A DNA stretch of 64,000 bases from positions 125,798,001 through 125,862,000 of the forward strand of contig OZ038378.1 of assembly GCA_964036045.1 (NCBI GenBank), in the 5' to 3' direction. Position 1 is the first letter of the stretch. Every line of letters begins with the position of its first letter. A program made the translations under genes and the position numbers. Of this stretch, positions 63,047 to 64,000 are shown piece after piece. This DNA is from Eutreptiella sp. 'Long Island Sound 2002'. Taxonomy: Eukaryota > Protista > Euglenida. The notes under the pieces are model-generated. The model was not told the origin of the DNA and searched no databases. It was given only the letters and a program-made list of their open reading frames with translations.

Positions 63047-64000
63047 TACGGGCTCATGTACACGACAGTGACGACCGCAAAAGTTGCCTTGCCGAGAACA
63101 TATTGGTGGTGTGTACGGCAAGGATCTGTGGATGCCTGCCCATCAAAAGGGGCTGGCGATTGCCAACACGCGTCAATTGCATAGGCAACGGCCACCCGCG
63201 ATCGCCCTCACACGCATACAATGGCCGGTGTACGCCCAACCAACCACCTCGGAGGTACACTGCATCGCAACACGCGGCCAGGCACACACTTGTCAGGGAT
63301 CACATGCGTATTGCGGCGGGCCATCCTCCGGATTGCTGGCGCCGCGCTTCTGGCGAATGCACTGTGAGGCAGGAGCTTTGAATGCAGGAACTCACACAGC
63401 TCTTGCATCCGCAGTTTGCCCTTGGTCTGTGGACAGACGCATGGGGCATGGCAGTGGGAGCGGAGGGGGTGAATGGTTTGGATAGAACCAGCTGATGCCC
63501 AAATGCGGCGGGGGGGCATTTGCATTCGGAGGGGCCTGGGCCAATGCTCCCGGTCCGCAATACAGAGGGGGTGGAGGTGCCCTACGGGTTGTGGGGGTGT
63601 TGTCTTGGACAAGCCGTGGCTCACGCACGGCTCAAGGAGAGACATCTGCATGCAAAGCGACATCCAAAAACGGGAACCAGCGCCATACGGACCTCTTGGC
63701 CCGTGGAAATGGTGCAGGCGACCACAAAACACTGGCAGTTCACTTGCCTTTCGAACCACATAATGTCAGAATTGCACCAAAAAAAACACAAGGGGGGCCA
63801 TCGATTCGGTACAGGTACCAACAATATACGGCCCGGGCGGGTCGTGGCTCAGAAACGGCATAGTGTGGAGAGGGGCCAGGGGGGAGGGGGGGATGCAGAC
63901 CTGGGGCGACCATCACGGCGCAATGTGTCTGCATTCGCGGCCATTTGGACATGGTATCTCGCGACACACGTCCACGGCACAAATACCCCACGAGATTCTC

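Noticed and set aside
1-64000. rRNA, tRNA, spliced-leader or telomeric repeat genes
   Set aside because: No recognisable sequence was seen by eye; a covariance-model search would be needed to exclude them fully.

Overview
Repeat-saturated eukaryotic DNA built from nested, mostly decayed mobile elements. I found no intact host gene, rRNA, tRNA or CRISPR array. The repeat style suggests a euglenid genome, but that is recollection and is untested. Main layers: (1) two relatives of a TIR DNA transposon (11629-28794 + and 37719-41162 -, plus a fragment near 30.3-30.8 kb) with CCCTAGAGACCC-type ends, 2-bp TSDs, a spliced RAG1/Transib-like DDE transposase and an accessory gene ending in a Tudor/SH3-like module; (2) inside the first copy, a 5'-truncated RT-RNase H-CCHC non-LTR retrotransposon (15816-19043) and an 8.9-kb hAT-like element with an 8-bp TSD (19702-28600) whose body is mostly three satellites, one built entirely of palindromes; (3) a TIR element (about 44070-46924) encoding a Zator-like DDE core followed by homeodomain-like, SAP and PHD modules; (4) a (TA)n-capped element with asymmetric inverted repeats (49342-50676); (5) a second non-LTR retrotransposon (51795-58226) flanked by a 1118-bp direct repeat that looks like a giant target-site duplication; (6) a tyrosine-recombinase remnant, an IS4/IS5-like DDE remnant and several MITEs. 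All protein family assignments come from motif recognition by eye and need HMM or structure confirmation.
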